NCBI GenBank assembly: GCA_041737355.1
Contig: JBGSRW010000008.1
Span: forward strand, 91,700-155,699
Source: Patescibacteria group bacterium
GTDB lineage: Bacteria; Patescibacteriota; Patescibacteriia; XYB2-FULL-38-15
Direction of reading: 5' to 3'
DNA length: 64,000 bases
In this document: positions 30,953-41,529 of the stretch, piece by piece
Position numbering within the stretch: position 1 is the stretch's first letter
Layout of the letters: the number at the start of each line of letters is the position of its first letter
Notes under the pieces: generated by a model
Database searches by the model: none
Seen by the model: the letters and a program-made list of their open reading frames with translations, nothing else
Told to the model about the DNA's origin: nothing
Position numbers and translations under genes: made by a program

Positions 30953-31810
30953 TTACCGGGGCTTGTCCATTCCATGCTTAATTTTTCTAAAAAGTTCAAA
31001 AGCGTTTTTTGTTGTTTCACCGACAATTTCCTCGTAAGAAATTCCCTTCACCCTCGCAACCTCACGAGCAACATATTCCACGTACAGCGGCTCGTTACGC
31101 CCTCCGCGGTATGGTTCGGGTGTAAGATACGGGCAATCTGTTTCTACCATAACCTTGTTGGGGGGTACCTTTTCTAAAACTCCGCTGTTGTAATTGGAAA
31201 AAGTTATAACTCCGGTAAAAGAGAGCAAGAAACCAAGATTGAGATAACGTCTTGCCTCATCCCAGTTTCCGGAAAAACAGTGCATTACTCCCTTGGCGTC
31301 AAAACCGACCGACTTACGATTAAAATTTTCCAGAAGATCGATCATATCGGCATGGGCTTCGCGGCAATGAACAATAAGCGGCAGCCTTGTTGTCTCTGAA
31401 AGTCCTATAAATTTACCCAGAAGCTCTTTTTGCAAATTTTTTATTTCGTCGGGAGTTCTAACCCGTTTGTCCTGCATCGCGCCGCCGGCGCCTTCCGGCC
31501 TGGCCGTTGTCGGCAGACGGTAATAATCCAGACCTACCTCGCCAAGGGCAATAACTTTCGAATGAGCCGCTAGTTTTTCATATTCACCGATATTAAAATC
31601 TTCATCCAAAACGTGAATGGGGTGTAAGCCGACCGCCGCCCAAACACCATCGGGAAATTCTTCGGCAATTTCCACGGCCTTTTTACTGGTTTCTAGATTA
31701 CTGCCGACGTTAATTATATTAATCCCGGCATCAAGCGCTCTTTTTGCCGTTTCCCGCCAGTCGCTTTCAAATGCTTCAAAATTAAGATGGGCGTGGGTAT
31801 CAAATAACAT
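30953..31810 (-). CDS. tatD: TatD family DNase
   Basis: DTHAH, GLHP, GEVGLDY, HCR, HCFSG, ETDCPY. Confidence 0.95.
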   Translation of the reverse strand: MLFDTHAHLNFEAFESDWRETAKRALDAGINIINVGSNLETSKKAVEIAEEFPDGVWAAVGLHPIHVLDEDFNIGEYEKLAAHSKVIALGEVGLDYYRLPTTARPEGAGGAMQDKRVRTPDEIKNLQKELLGKFIGLSETTRLPLIVHCREAHADMIDLLENFNRKSVGFDAKGVMHCFSGNWDEARRYLNLGFLLSFTGVITFSNYNSGVLEKVPPNKVMVETDCPYLTPEPYRGGRNEPLYVEYVAREVARVKGISYEEIVGETTKNAFELFRKIKHGMDKPR

Positions 31811-32315
31811 AAGACTTTAACTGTTTAACAACTTCCGGGAGAAACGGTTTCAAAATTTTTCCGATAGTCATAAGGATATATCCTACCTTTGAGTCGGCCA
31901 GGGAGGATGTAAACCAATCCCCCAGCGGGAAACGGGAAGCCATGTACAATGTCAGACCCAAAACCAAAACGCCCTCTAAAAATCCAAATGCGGCACCAAG
32001 CAGCCGATTTATGGTTTTAAGAAAAGGAATAATTGTAAGAACGGAAAAAATTTTATCAACAAGCCAGAAAGCCAAACCGACAAGGCGGTTGATAATGATA
32101 AAAAGAAAAAGAAAACAGACAACTTTGGCAACGTTGCTGTCCCGGCCAAAAATAAAACTGAGCCAGGAAGCGACGCTGTCGTACCACCGGGCTGCCAAAA
32201 ACGCCCCGGCAATCGTGCCAATCAAAACCCCGACCATATGAACCAGTCCGAACCACAAACCATAGAGCACAAACCCGCCAAGGATTAAGAGAAGAATAAG
32301 GTCAAAAAGAACCAT
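31800..32315 (-). CDS. CvpA family membrane protein
   Basis: DLILL start, four TM segments, NRLLGAAFG. Confidence 0.85.
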   Translation of the reverse strand: MVLFDLILLLILGGFVLYGLWFGLVHMVGVLIGTIAGAFLAARWYDSVASWLSFIFGRDSNVAKVVCFLFLFIIINRLVGLAFWLVDKIFSVLTIIPFLKTINRLLGAAFGFLEGVLVLGLTLYMASRFPLGDWFTSSLADSKVGYILMTIGKILKPFLPEVVKQLKSYVI

Positions 32316-32327
32316 AAGTTTTTTATA

Positions 32328-33848
32328 TTATTTCGCAAGTCTTGGAAATAATGCTGCGCCTTTTTTAATTTGTGTGCCGGGTAAGATGCCGCCCCAAAAT
32401 TTTGCTTCTTCAAAACTTTTTTTCTTTTCTTCCTCCGGAGAAAGCCCAAGCTGTTCAAAAATTTTATCTGAAGCCATTGGCATAAACGGCGCAACGAGCC
32501 ACCCGATATGGCGCAAGGTTTCAAGCAAGGTGTAAATTACTTTGGCCAGTCTTTCCTTGTCAATTTTAGCGAGCTGCCAAGGCGCTTCGGTATTAATGAA
32601 TTGATCGCAAAAAGAAATTAAATCCCAGATGTCTTTCACGGCCAGATGAAGCGCGAGTTTCTCCATATTTATTTCGTAACTCTGCCAAGTCCGCTCGACA
32701 CTGCCGGAAGTTTTCTCCGGCACCTTCCCGTCAAAATATTTTTCACACATCGCCAAAACGCGGGCTACGAGATTTCCGAGGCCATTGGCCAGCTCCGCGT
32801 TATATCTTTCTTCCAGCCGCGTAAAACTAAAATCTCCGTCTTCTCCAAGGGGAACTTCCCTGGAGAGAAAATAGCGGACTTCGTCTACGCCGTATTTTCC
32901 GGCCAGTTCCACGGGATCGACAACATTCCCAAGCGACTTGCTCATCTTTTGTCCGTCAATCGTAAAATATCCGTGAACAAATATTTGCTTCGGAGTATCT
33001 ATACCTAAAGCCAGAAGCATTGCCGGCCAGATTGTGGCGTGGACGCGCAAAATATCTTTGCTCATGAGTTGCACGTCCGCCGGCCAGAATTTTTTATAAT
33101 TGTCTTTATTATTTGGCCAACCGAGCCCGGTCAAATAATTAAGGAAAGCGTCAATCCAGACATAGAGCGTGTGGTTCTTGTCAAAAGGCAACTCTATGCC
33201 CCAGGGTACGTTTTCTTTTTTCCGGGAAATTGCTATGTCTTTCAACCCTTCTTTCTCAAAAAAAGAAATCATTTCATTTTTACGCGTTTCGGGGCCGATT
33301 CTCAGTTCATCGCTCTTTATCCGCCGCAGTAATTCGTCTTGAAATTCAGACATCCGAAACAAATATGCTTCTTCGGAACGTATTTCCGGCTCACATTTAT
33401 GGTCCGGACATTTCCCGTCAACCAGCTCCGCCCTAGTTTTATATTGTTCACATCCGACGCAATAGAGAGCCTCGTATTTTCCTTTATAAATCAATTTTTT
33501 ATCAAAAAGCTCCTGGGCGACCGCGGCCGCAGCCTCTTCGTGCGCCGGATCGGTCGTCCGGATAAAATTGTCATTTGTAATATTTAGGGTATCCCAGGCG
33601 GCGGAAAAAGAGGCGGAAATTTCATCGACGAATTCCTTGGGTTTTTTCCCGGCTTTGTCGGCAATCTGCTGGATTTTTGCCCCATGCTCGTCGGTGCCGG
33701 TCAGAAAATAAACATCCTCACCGCGCATCCGGTGATAACGCGCCAAAACATCGGCGGTAATCGTCGTATAAGCGTGGCCAATATGCGGTTTGGCATTCAC
33801 GTAATAAATCGGGGTAGTGATATAAAATTTATCCGTTTTTTTACTCAT
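32328..33848 (-). CDS. metG: Methionine--tRNA ligase
   Basis: YITTPIYYVN, HIGH, GTDEHG, KMSKS. Confidence 0.98.
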   Translation of the reverse strand: MSKKTDKFYITTPIYYVNAKPHIGHAYTTITADVLARYHRMRGEDVYFLTGTDEHGAKIQQIADKAGKKPKEFVDEISASFSAAWDTLNITNDNFIRTTDPAHEEAAAAVAQELFDKKLIYKGKYEALYCVGCEQYKTRAELVDGKCPDHKCEPEIRSEEAYLFRMSEFQDELLRRIKSDELRIGPETRKNEMISFFEKEGLKDIAISRKKENVPWGIELPFDKNHTLYVWIDAFLNYLTGLGWPNNKDNYKKFWPADVQLMSKDILRVHATIWPAMLLALGIDTPKQIFVHGYFTIDGQKMSKSLGNVVDPVELAGKYGVDEVRYFLSREVPLGEDGDFSFTRLEERYNAELANGLGNLVARVLAMCEKYFDGKVPEKTSGSVERTWQSYEINMEKLALHLAVKDIWDLISFCDQFINTEAPWQLAKIDKERLAKVIYTLLETLRHIGWLVAPFMPMASDKIFEQLGLSPEEEKKKSFEEAKFWGGILPGTQIKKGAALFPRLAK

Positions 33849-33860
33849 ATAAATTTATTT

Positions 33861-34532
33861 TTAGCGCTTAACCACTATGGCAAACTCTCCTTTGGTGGTA
33901 TCGGCTTTTAATTTTTCAATAACTTCGCTTACCGTGCCCCGGTAAGTTGTTTCGAACATTTTAGTCAGTTCCCGGCAAACAACTATTTCTCTCTCCCCCG
34001 CCGCCGCCCGTAACTCTTCCAGAGATTTTAAAATTCTGTAGGTTGATTCGTAAAATATCGTTGTAAATTCAGACTCAACAATCTTTTGAAAAAATTTATT
34101 CCTTCCTTTCTTGTGCGGCGGAAAACCCAGGAATAAAAATTTATCGGTCGGAAATCCGGAAATACTGGCTGCGGCCGCAACCGCGGACGGTCCGGGAATT
34201 GGAATAATTTTTACCTCATCCGGCAGAGTCCGCAAAACCTCCTCCACCAATTTTCCGCCCGGATCGGAAATAGCCGGCGTACCGGCATCGGAAACCAAAG
34301 CCAAATTTTTACCGTTACGCAATAAATCAACGATTTTCTCTATCCGCTGCAATTTGCTATGTTCGTGATAACTAAGAGTTGCTTTTTTGATATCGTATTT
34401 ATCGAGTAATTTTCTGGTTTGCCTGGTATCTTCGCATAAAATAAAATCAACCTCTTTTAAAATACGGACTGCCCGAAAGGTTATGTCCTCCAAATTTCCT
34501 ATTGGCGTAGCGATTATGTATAGATTGCTCAT
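33861..34532 (-). CDS. rsmI: 16S rRNA C1402 2'-O-methyltransferase
   Basis: ATPIGNLEDIT, CEDTR, SDAGTPAISDPG, RELTK. Confidence 0.96.
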   Translation of the reverse strand: MSNLYIIATPIGNLEDITFRAVRILKEVDFILCEDTRQTRKLLDKYDIKKATLSYHEHSKLQRIEKIVDLLRNGKNLALVSDAGTPAISDPGGKLVEEVLRTLPDEVKIIPIPGPSAVAAAASISGFPTDKFLFLGFPPHKKGRNKFFQKIVESEFTTIFYESTYRILKSLEELRAAAGEREIVVCRELTKMFETTYRGTVSEVIEKLKADTTKGEFAIVVKR

Positions 34533-34573
34533 GAGCCGATTGTACCAATTTTATCTTTAAAATTCAAGGAAAA

Positions 34574-35122
34574 TTACCATCTCGTATTTTTAATCCGTAA
34601 AAGGTAGCCGATGTTATTTGTGGCAATGTGCAGGATCGGACTAAAAATTAAGATCACCGCCACGGCAGGCCAAGCGGGAAAATAAACCGGAGCCGCGAAA
34701 ACCAAGGCCCCGATTACAAAATCAAGCTGGTCGAAAGGAATCCATGGGGCGCCGGGAGCGATATTTACCCTTCGTTTGAAAAAACTTTTTATCAAATCTC
34801 CGAATAGGGCTCCAAAACCAAGAAGAAAGCCCAGAAGCCACCAATGCGCTTCAGGATAATTTATCAAACTAATTTTTTGAAAAGCCGAAAGCGAGTATAA
34901 AAAATATTGCAGCCAAGAAACGGCGATCGCGAGAACCACGCCAACAAAAAATCCGCGCCAGGTTTTATGATCGCCAAAAATTCTCCTACCGCCGATTGCC
35001 CTTCCGCAATCCACCGGATTATCCAGAAACTTTAATATTCCCAATTTTTGAGCAAAAACCGGCGCCATATTCGCTAGGTACGCCGGCAGCATAAAATAAA
35101 GGCATCTCAGGACAAATATCAT
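34574..35122 (-). CDS. CarS-like CDP-archaeol synthase family cytidylyltransferase
   Basis: PAYLANMAP, RIFGDHKTWRG, GDLIKSFFKRR, DQLDF. Confidence 0.85.
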   Translation of the reverse strand: MIFVLRCLYFMLPAYLANMAPVFAQKLGILKFLDNPVDCGRAIGGRRIFGDHKTWRGFFVGVVLAIAVSWLQYFLYSLSAFQKISLINYPEAHWWLLGFLLGFGALFGDLIKSFFKRRVNIAPGAPWIPFDQLDFVIGALVFAAPVYFPAWPAVAVILIFSPILHIATNNIGYLLRIKNTRW

Positions 35123-35649
35123 AAAGCTTTTTGTTCTCTTGAAATTTTTATTCCCTTAACGATATAACTTGAAAGGGCCGCGACAAGCGAACATGTTACT
35201 ATGCCAAAAAATATTCGCGGGTAAAAATCAAAAATAACCGCGAAGAACATGGCTGCCTGAAGAAAAGAATTGAGTTTTCCCCAAAAAGTATGGGAAATTG
35301 CTATATTCTTGACCTGAAAAACCATCACCCAGCCAAAAATAATAAACAAATGATAGCTTATCGCGAAAATTGCTAATCCAACCGGCAAGCCGTGTTTCAA
35401 AAATAAAATCAAAAAAGCCAAAAGCATCAAGAGCCGGTCGGCGGCTGGATCAAGGATTTTACCCAAAGTGGTAACCTGCTTGAATTTTCTAGCCAAATAT
35501 CCGTCTGCTACGTCTGTTAAAACCGCCAAGAGAAAAATTCCCGCCGCCCAAAATTTATAGGAATTGAACAAAAGTACGGCGAAAACAAAGGCCAAAGCTA
35601 TCCTGCTTAGGCTTAAAATATTGGGAAGATTTAAGTCCCTGATCTGCAT
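35119..35649 (-). CDS. CDP-alcohol phosphatidyltransferase (PgsA-like)
   Basis: PNILSLSR; D..DGYLAR....TTLGKILDPAAD signature. Confidence 0.92.
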   Translation of the reverse strand: MQIRDLNLPNILSLSRIALAFVFAVLLFNSYKFWAAGIFLLAVLTDVADGYLARKFKQVTTLGKILDPAADRLLMLLAFLILFLKHGLPVGLAIFAISYHLFIIFGWVMVFQVKNIAISHTFWGKLNSFLQAAMFFAVIFDFYPRIFFGIVTCSLVAALSSYIVKGIKISREQKAL

Positions 35650-35764
35650 ATCGTTCTTTAATTATAACAAATTTGTGCTAAATGTTCCATAAATGTCGCC
35701 AACTCCCCTCGTCCCGGTAATAAAAAAACGAATACCATCTGTACCGTTTTTTATGACCCTGCAC

Positions 35765-36970
35765 CTATTTTTTAAAAATAATCGCGTTTGGCAGATTACG
35801 GCCCGGTCCAACTTTATAGAAACCCTGGTAATAAAGAGCAGCCGAACCGCCACCATCCAAATTCATGGCTTGTTCCATGCCTAAAGATTCCATAACGTTC
35901 GCTAAGTCTATGACGGTTGCACTGCTTGCCACAACCAAATAGACTTTATTGCTTTTAATACCAACTCCGCCGCGATAACTTTTAACTGTCCTTTGGTTGT
36001 CATCAAGTTCTTGGGTTCCAACAATATTTGCGCTGTTAAAAATCAAAGCGGGTTTGTTACCTATCGCGGCACGGATTTTCGCGCTATAGGTATTCTCGAA
36101 AGTAGCAACATCCTTGAACGATTGCGTACTCAGCAAAAAATAGGGGTGGTTGTTGGTATCAAAAACCAAAATCGGACCGGTAGTCGGCCATTTGAGCTGA
36201 TCATCATTAATCATTTTTCCCAAACGGGAATTATAAACCGGATAAAAAAAGTAATTTTTGGTTGCCGCGCAGGAACCGTAGTCGGCCGCGCAGAAATAAC
36301 TGCCGTGGATAGCGGCAAAACCGCCGTTTGCACTCGCGTAATCTTCCAGTGGTTTTACCGGACAATCGGTTTCGCAGTCATTGTCGCTGGCTGTATCGGT
36401 AATTATCTCCAAACCGGACGAAGCCAGATCGATGGTCACAATCTTGACCGTGAAAGTTCCGCCGCCGGCTGTTACTTGTTTTTCTTCATAGCTTGAGTAG
36501 CTGTCGCTTGTCCCGCCGCCCGGCAAACTGCCAACCGGCATTAGAGACAAATTGGCCGTCGTAATGCCCAAAGACAATTGCCGCATAATGGAGAAAGCGT
36601 CTGCCGGCCGGCCGAGATAGTATTTTTTTCTGTCTTTCGGATAAATATAATATGCCTCGCCGTGCGATTCTACGTCCAGCAAAATTTTTCCGCTGACCGA
36701 AGCTGGGAAAATTGTATAACCAGTAATAAAGGCGTGAGTTGCCCCCAACCCCAATTTTCTCATGATCTCGAAAGCGTCGTCCGGACGACCGAGATAATAT
36801 CTTTTTAAATCATTTGGATAAACATACCAAGCCTCGCCGTGCGAATCAACCTGCAAAAGAATGTAACCCTTGAAACGTTCTGACAGGGTAAGCGCCTCGG
36901 ATCCCGTCGGAATCAAATTCGTAATTAAAAAAATGATTGCTAGCAACAAAAACTTCTTTTGGATAAACAT
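35765..36970 (-). CDS. Secreted phosphodiester glycosidase (NAGPA-like) with two N-terminal repeats
   Basis: Signal peptide; two G.ILL.V.SHGEA.Y.YP.D.K.YYLGRP.DAF repeats; AMNLDGGGS. Confidence 0.8.
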   Translation of the reverse strand: MFIQKKFLLLAIIFLITNLIPTGSEALTLSERFKGYILLQVDSHGEAWYVYPNDLKRYYLGRPDDAFEIMRKLGLGATHAFITGYTIFPASVSGKILLDVESHGEAYYIYPKDRKKYYLGRPADAFSIMRQLSLGITTANLSLMPVGSLPGGGTSDSYSSYEEKQVTAGGGTFTVKIVTIDLASSGLEIITDTASDNDCETDCPVKPLEDYASANGGFAAIHGSYFCAADYGSCAATKNYFFYPVYNSRLGKMINDDQLKWPTTGPILVFDTNNHPYFLLSTQSFKDVATFENTYSAKIRAAIGNKPALIFNSANIVGTQELDDNQRTVKSYRGGVGIKSNKVYLVVASSATVIDLANVMESLGMEQAMNLDGGGSAALYYQGFYKVGPGRNLPNAIIFKK

Positions 36971-37086
36971 GATCAAAAAAAATTATTAAATTCATTTAAA
37001 TTATAACATTTTAATTAACTTTCGACCAAACAAATTTTAGCCAAATATTCCACAAAAAGAAAAAACCCGACAAAAGTCGGATTTTT

Positions 37087-37263
37087 TTACTGCCATTTCG
37101 CGTCCTTTTCCCTCTTGTCTTTGAGCGCTTTTATCCTGCTTTTCGATAAGCAAGTCCAACTCAGAATCCCGACAGCCGTCTTGATCGCTTCCCGCTCTTC
37201 ATTATCAAGCGAGCGCTTGTCTAGCAGACTTAATAATATTGTAGCTGCTTTTTTATCGTCCAT
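37087..37263 (-). CDS. Small hypothetical protein (58 aa)
   Basis: Helical, plausible ORF; terminator CCGAC/GTCGG at about 37061-37088. Confidence 0.55.
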   Translation of the reverse strand: MDDKKAATILLSLLDKRSLDNEEREAIKTAVGILSWTCLSKSRIKALKDKREKDAKWQ

Positions 37264-37396
37264 ATTATTTTTTCCCGTTTCAATATATAGTACTAGTTTT
37301 TTCATGGCTCCGCATCGTGAAGGACACTAGAATAATAATCCAGAGACAAAAGGGGTGTATTTACATACCTGATTTAACTTAAATCTGCTACGTAGA

Positions 37397-37702
37397 TTAT
37401 CTTGGCACACAGAGTGTTGGCTGCCAACATTCACCGATAATACCAGTTTCTTCGTAAACATCGACACATGGATTCGACACTTCTTTGCACCAAAATTTGG
37501 GGCATTCTCCCGTTGGCTTGCTTTCACAATACCACCTCTCTTTAAAAAGCACGGTAATAGAAAAAGGTTTATTCCAAAAGTATATTACCGATAAAACAAT
37601 GATAAAAATAATTGCCACAATCACCCAAAATACGATGCGCGTCTTTTTCTTTTTTGTGACTGGAGGTTGATTATTTTGAGCTTGGGGATTTGGATTTTCC
37701 AT
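37397..37702 (-). CDS. Single-TM protein with a Cys-rich C-terminal domain
   Basis: Basic patch, then TM helix, then six Cys. Confidence 0.6.
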   Translation of the reverse strand: MENPNPQAQNNQPPVTKKKKTRIVFWVIVAIIFIIVLSVIYFWNKPFSITVLFKERWYCESKPTGECPKFWCKEVSNPCVDVYEETGIIGECWQPTLCVPR

Positions 37703-37796
37703 AGGAGAAATTTAATAATTACATCCTTTAAATTATACCATAAAATTAGTTTTCCCTAAAACCAAAACACCCCCTTTAGGGGGATGCTTTAGAAAA

Positions 37797-37868
37797 CTCC
37801 GAGGGTGGGATTCGAACCCACGACCAACCGGTTAACAGCCGGTTGCTCTGCCGCTGAGCTACCTCGGA
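37797..37868 (-). tRNA. tRNA-Asn(GTT)
   Basis: TCCGAGG...ACCGG CTGTTAA CCGGT...GTGGG TTCGAAT CCCAC CCTCGGA G; CCA not encoded. Confidence 0.97.
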
Positions 37869-37899
37869 ATAAACGATTTTTTTCCGCCCTAACAATATA

Positions 37900-39144
37900 T
37901 CAATAATCCCTTAATTTTTCAATACCTTTGAACCCCTGAATTTTTTCCAGCGCCTTAGCCTCAATTTGCCTGATTCTTTCGCGGGTTACGCCGAATTCCT
38001 CTCCGACTTCTTCCAGAGTATGAGAAACGCCGTCAACCAAACCGAAACGCATCTCCAAAATCTTCTGTTCGCGCGGCAGAAGATCCTTGATCGCTTCTTT
38101 AACATATTCCCTCAAAAGCTGCAACGCCGCCGCCCGGTCAGGAGAAACATTTTTAAAATCTTCAATGAAATCTTCAAGAACGCTGTCTTCGTCTTCATCG
38201 CCAACCGAAGTATCCAGGGAAACCGTATCCTGGGAAATTTGAATAAGATTTCTTATTTTTTCCACATCCTCCCCCATTTCCGAAGCGATCTCTTCCGGCA
38301 AGGGTTCGCGGCCCAAATCCTGGATAAGCTGGCGGGCTACCTGCTGATAACGGTTGATGGTTTCTACCATATGCACCGGAATCCTGATAGTTCTTGACTG
38401 GTCGGCCAGGGCTCTAGTTACCGCCTGCCTGATCCACCAGGTGGCGTAAGTTGAAAATTTATAGCCCTTTCTCGGATCAAATTTTTCCACCGCTCTCATC
38501 AAGCCGATATTCCCTTCCTGTATCAAGTCCGCGAGGGATAAATTTTTACCGACGAATTTTTTAGCAATGGAAACAACAAGGCGCAGATTTGCTACCATTA
38601 ATCGCTGCGACGCTTCCTGGTCTCCCAAATCCTTCCGCCTCGCAAGAGACATTTCTTCTTCGGTAGAAAGTAAGGGAACTTTTCCGATCTCGCGAAGATA
38701 CATCTGAATCGAATCGGCCGAAATATCACCGAGGTCAAGTCTCTTCTTTTCCTTGCTGACTCCGATATCGGCCAGAATTTTTTTTCTTTCTTCTTCTCTG
38801 CCCAAAATATCCTGCTTGACTTCGACAACGGAAATACCGGACTCGTCAACCATGTTCAAAAATTCTTCGTATTTCCTGACATAATTTTCAAGATCGGGAA
38901 AAGTAAACAAAATTTCCGAATCAGTCAGAAAACCCCTCATTCTCCCCTTCTCCAAGAGCGCTCTCATCACCTCTTCGGACGGAGGGGAAATTTTTGGCGC
39001 CAAAATCCGCCCCGCAGTTTTTGCTTTTTGGGGCCGCCTCGAAAGACGATTTTTTATTTTTTTCCCGGCGCCACCCTTACTGGTCTTGCTCCTTTTTTCC
39101 TTCTTTGTCTTGCTCACGGCGTGGCGCGTCTTTTTGGTAGCCAT
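37900..39144 (-). CDS. rpoD: Primary sigma factor with basic N-terminal extension
   Basis: [39 protein letters not shown]. Confidence 0.96.
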   Translation of the reverse strand: MATKKTRHAVSKTKKEKRSKTSKGGAGKKIKNRLSRRPQKAKTAGRILAPKISPPSEEVMRALLEKGRMRGFLTDSEILFTFPDLENYVRKYEEFLNMVDESGISVVEVKQDILGREEERKKILADIGVSKEKKRLDLGDISADSIQMYLREIGKVPLLSTEEEMSLARRKDLGDQEASQRLMVANLRLVVSIAKKFVGKNLSLADLIQEGNIGLMRAVEKFDPRKGYKFSTYATWWIRQAVTRALADQSRTIRIPVHMVETINRYQQVARQLIQDLGREPLPEEIASEMGEDVEKIRNLIQISQDTVSLDTSVGDEDEDSVLEDFIEDFKNVSPDRAAALQLLREYVKEAIKDLLPREQKILEMRFGLVDGVSHTLEEVGEEFGVTRERIRQIEAKALEKIQGFKGIEKLRDY

Positions 39145-39243
39145 TATTTAAAAAAATAAATTTTAATGAAAATTTAATCGTCAGCAGCCAAATTACAAAA
39201 TCCCTTCCCGCTCGGTTGGTTCAACTTTATTATTTTTATAAAC

Positions 39244-41037
39244 TCAAATGTTTATAAGTTTGTTGAATTCTTCAGCCAACGTCCTGATCCCGGAAAAATC
39301 ACCCTTTTCTTCGGCTTTTTTCATTTCGCCTTCCAGACGTTTTCTCTCACGAAGAATGTAGTCTTCCCTGAGAGCCTTTGCGTTCGTCAAAACTTCTTCT
39401 TTTATTTCTTCTTCCCCAAAATCCACAAAATCATTTTCCACCAGAAGAAGGAGTTTTTCGGCGTACCTCTTTTCCGCCGGGCTCTCCCCAAACTGCTTTA
39501 TAATATCGGATAAATCGTTTTTATCCACAGCTTTATTGTAATACAAAATAATGTTTTTGTAAATTTCCCTGGCGGCCGCCTCCGGCATCATAAAAGGCTC
39601 AAGATAATCTATGGCGCTGCCCAGATAACGGGGATATTTTAAGATCAAGGCGAGAAATCTTTCCGCCAGAAGAGACGGACGACTTCTGTCCCGAAGAACC
39701 GATCCTCCTTTCACCTGAGAATCTTGAATTGTCTGGTTTTTTTCCTTTGGCATTGACTCCCTTAAAACCTGCTCAGATACGCCAAGGATGTTTGCCAATT
39801 TTTCCAAATAATATGTCTGCTCGACTTTATCCTGTATTTTGATAAGCTCGCCAAGCAGCAGGCGGGCGGCCTTCTTTTTATCGTCTATCTTCCGGAGATC
39901 GAGACCGGCCAAAGTTTTTTTAATAAAATAATCCATAAAAGCCATCGCATTGCCGATAGCTTCACGCCAAAGATTCGGATCCTTTTTGATATAATCGTCC
40001 GGGTCTTTCCCGATTTCGGGAGTTAACATTATAACTTTTATGTTGATCCCTTCATGCAAAGCAACGTCTATCCCCCGCACGGCCGCGGCTCCGCCGGCAA
40101 GATCAGCATCAAAAGAAATTGCCAGATTATCAGAATATCTTTTCAACAAATGGACCTGGTCGAGCGTCATGGCTGTTCCGGATGAGGCAACGACATTTTT
40201 GACGCCGGCCTGATGCGAAGCGATAACATCCATGTTACCTTCGACCATTACCGCCAAATTTTCCTTTTTGATTTCCTGCTTGGCAAAATCCAAACCGTAA
40301 ATTACCCGGCTCTTGTCGTAGACCAATGTTTGCGGAGTGTTGACATACTTGCCGCCGGCATTTTCCTTTTTCTCCGCTTCGGGCATCACGCGTCCGGTAA
40401 AACCGACCGTATGGCCGTGAACGTCGCGGATGGGAAACATTATTCTCCCCCTGAAACGATCGTAATATCCCGGCCCCCTTTCTTTCTTGGCGGAAAGACC
40501 GGCCAAAAAAATGTCTTTTTCCGCGAAACCCTTACCGCGCAAAAATTTCAATGCGGCATCCCACGAGTCGGGAGCGAACCCGAGAAAAAATTTCTCCACG
40601 GTTTCTTCGGCCAGAGCGCGTTTGCCGAAAAGATACTGGCGGGCGGCGGCCGCTTCCGGAGCGCCGAGTAGATTTTGATGATAAAACCTGGCAGCAGCGT
40701 CAAGAATATCGAGTAATTTTGTTTTCTGATTGGATAAACTTTTATCCTCATAGTGTAAAACTACGCCTGCCTTTTTGGCTAAAATTTTTAAGGCTTCGGG
40801 AAATTCCATGTTTTCTATTTTTTGGACAAAACTGAAAACGTCGCCTCCTTCACCGCAGCCGAAACAATGCCAGATCTGCTTATCCTTGGAAACCATAAAA
40901 GAAGGGGTCTTCTCATTATGAAACGGACAAAGACCCTTCCAATTACCGCCCGCCTGCTTCATGTTCGGGACATATTCGCCGATTACCTCAACGATGTCCA
41001 GGCGGTTTTTAATTTCTTCAACTTGCGAATCTGGCAT
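39244..41037 (-). CDS. dnaG: DNA primase
   Basis: CPFHNEKTPSF, CFGCG, KYVNTP, EGNMDV, FDADLAG; start moved to ATG 41037. Confidence 0.97.
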   Translation of the reverse strand: MPDSQVEEIKNRLDIVEVIGEYVPNMKQAGGNWKGLCPFHNEKTPSFMVSKDKQIWHCFGCGEGGDVFSFVQKIENMEFPEALKILAKKAGVVLHYEDKSLSNQKTKLLDILDAAARFYHQNLLGAPEAAAARQYLFGKRALAEETVEKFFLGFAPDSWDAALKFLRGKGFAEKDIFLAGLSAKKERGPGYYDRFRGRIMFPIRDVHGHTVGFTGRVMPEAEKKENAGGKYVNTPQTLVYDKSRVIYGLDFAKQEIKKENLAVMVEGNMDVIASHQAGVKNVVASSGTAMTLDQVHLLKRYSDNLAISFDADLAGGAAAVRGIDVALHEGINIKVIMLTPEIGKDPDDYIKKDPNLWREAIGNAMAFMDYFIKKTLAGLDLRKIDDKKKAARLLLGELIKIQDKVEQTYYLEKLANILGVSEQVLRESMPKEKNQTIQDSQVKGGSVLRDRSRPSLLAERFLALILKYPRYLGSAIDYLEPFMMPEAAAREIYKNIILYYNKAVDKNDLSDIIKQFGESPAEKRYAEKLLLLVENDFVDFGEEEIKEEVLTNAKALREDYILRERKRLEGEMKKAEEKGDFSGIRTLAEEFNKLINI

Positions 41038-41125
41038 AGTTAACGATATTCGTCTTGACAAAAAATATTAAACATCATAGTATGGTTTTATCATGCGGAC
41101 AATCTCTGCTAAAAAGGAGGACAGC

Positions 41126-41377
41126 ATGGCAGACAAGTGTGCGAAATTCCAGGCTATCTACCGGGCGATCGATAACGGCCAAATCAAGCTGGGACAGCGA
41201 GAGGGCAAGACAATCGTCATTGACTTTGGCCCTTACTGGCCGAGGCTCGTCCTGAAGGCGATCGCCCACAAGGAAAACGGCAACTGTTACAACTTCTGGT
41301 GCAAGGGGCACGCCCCCATGGACAGCGCTCTGCGACGCCTGCAATCCCTTAAATCCCTGTACCAGTCCTGCCGCTGA
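41126..41377 (+). CDS. Orphan hypothetical protein (83 aa), cassette-type
   Basis: TTGACA(41055)-17-TAGTAT, AAGGAGG SD, CCCGGG/CCCGGG hairpin plus T tract at about 41400-41428. Confidence 0.7.
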   Translation: MADKCAKFQAIYRAIDNGQIKLGQREGKTIVIDFGPYWPRLVLKAIAHKENGNCYNFWCKGHAPMDSALRRLQSLKSLYQSCR

Positions 41378-41529
41378 CGCGCACCGCGACATAGTTCACC
41401 CCGGGCTCATCTTATGACCCGGGTTTTTATTTTAAAATAATTCCAGTCGCTTTTGAGCTAAATTTATGCTACAATGAATACAAGTTATTTGCTTTAATAT
41501 TGTAGTTTAAACTCAACTTAAAGTAAAGT

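Noticed and set aside
31468-31518. GC-rich in-frame insertion in tatD (LPTTARPEGAGGAMQ)
   Set aside because: Single short instance with no clear repeat or strong palindrome; may be an ordinary loop
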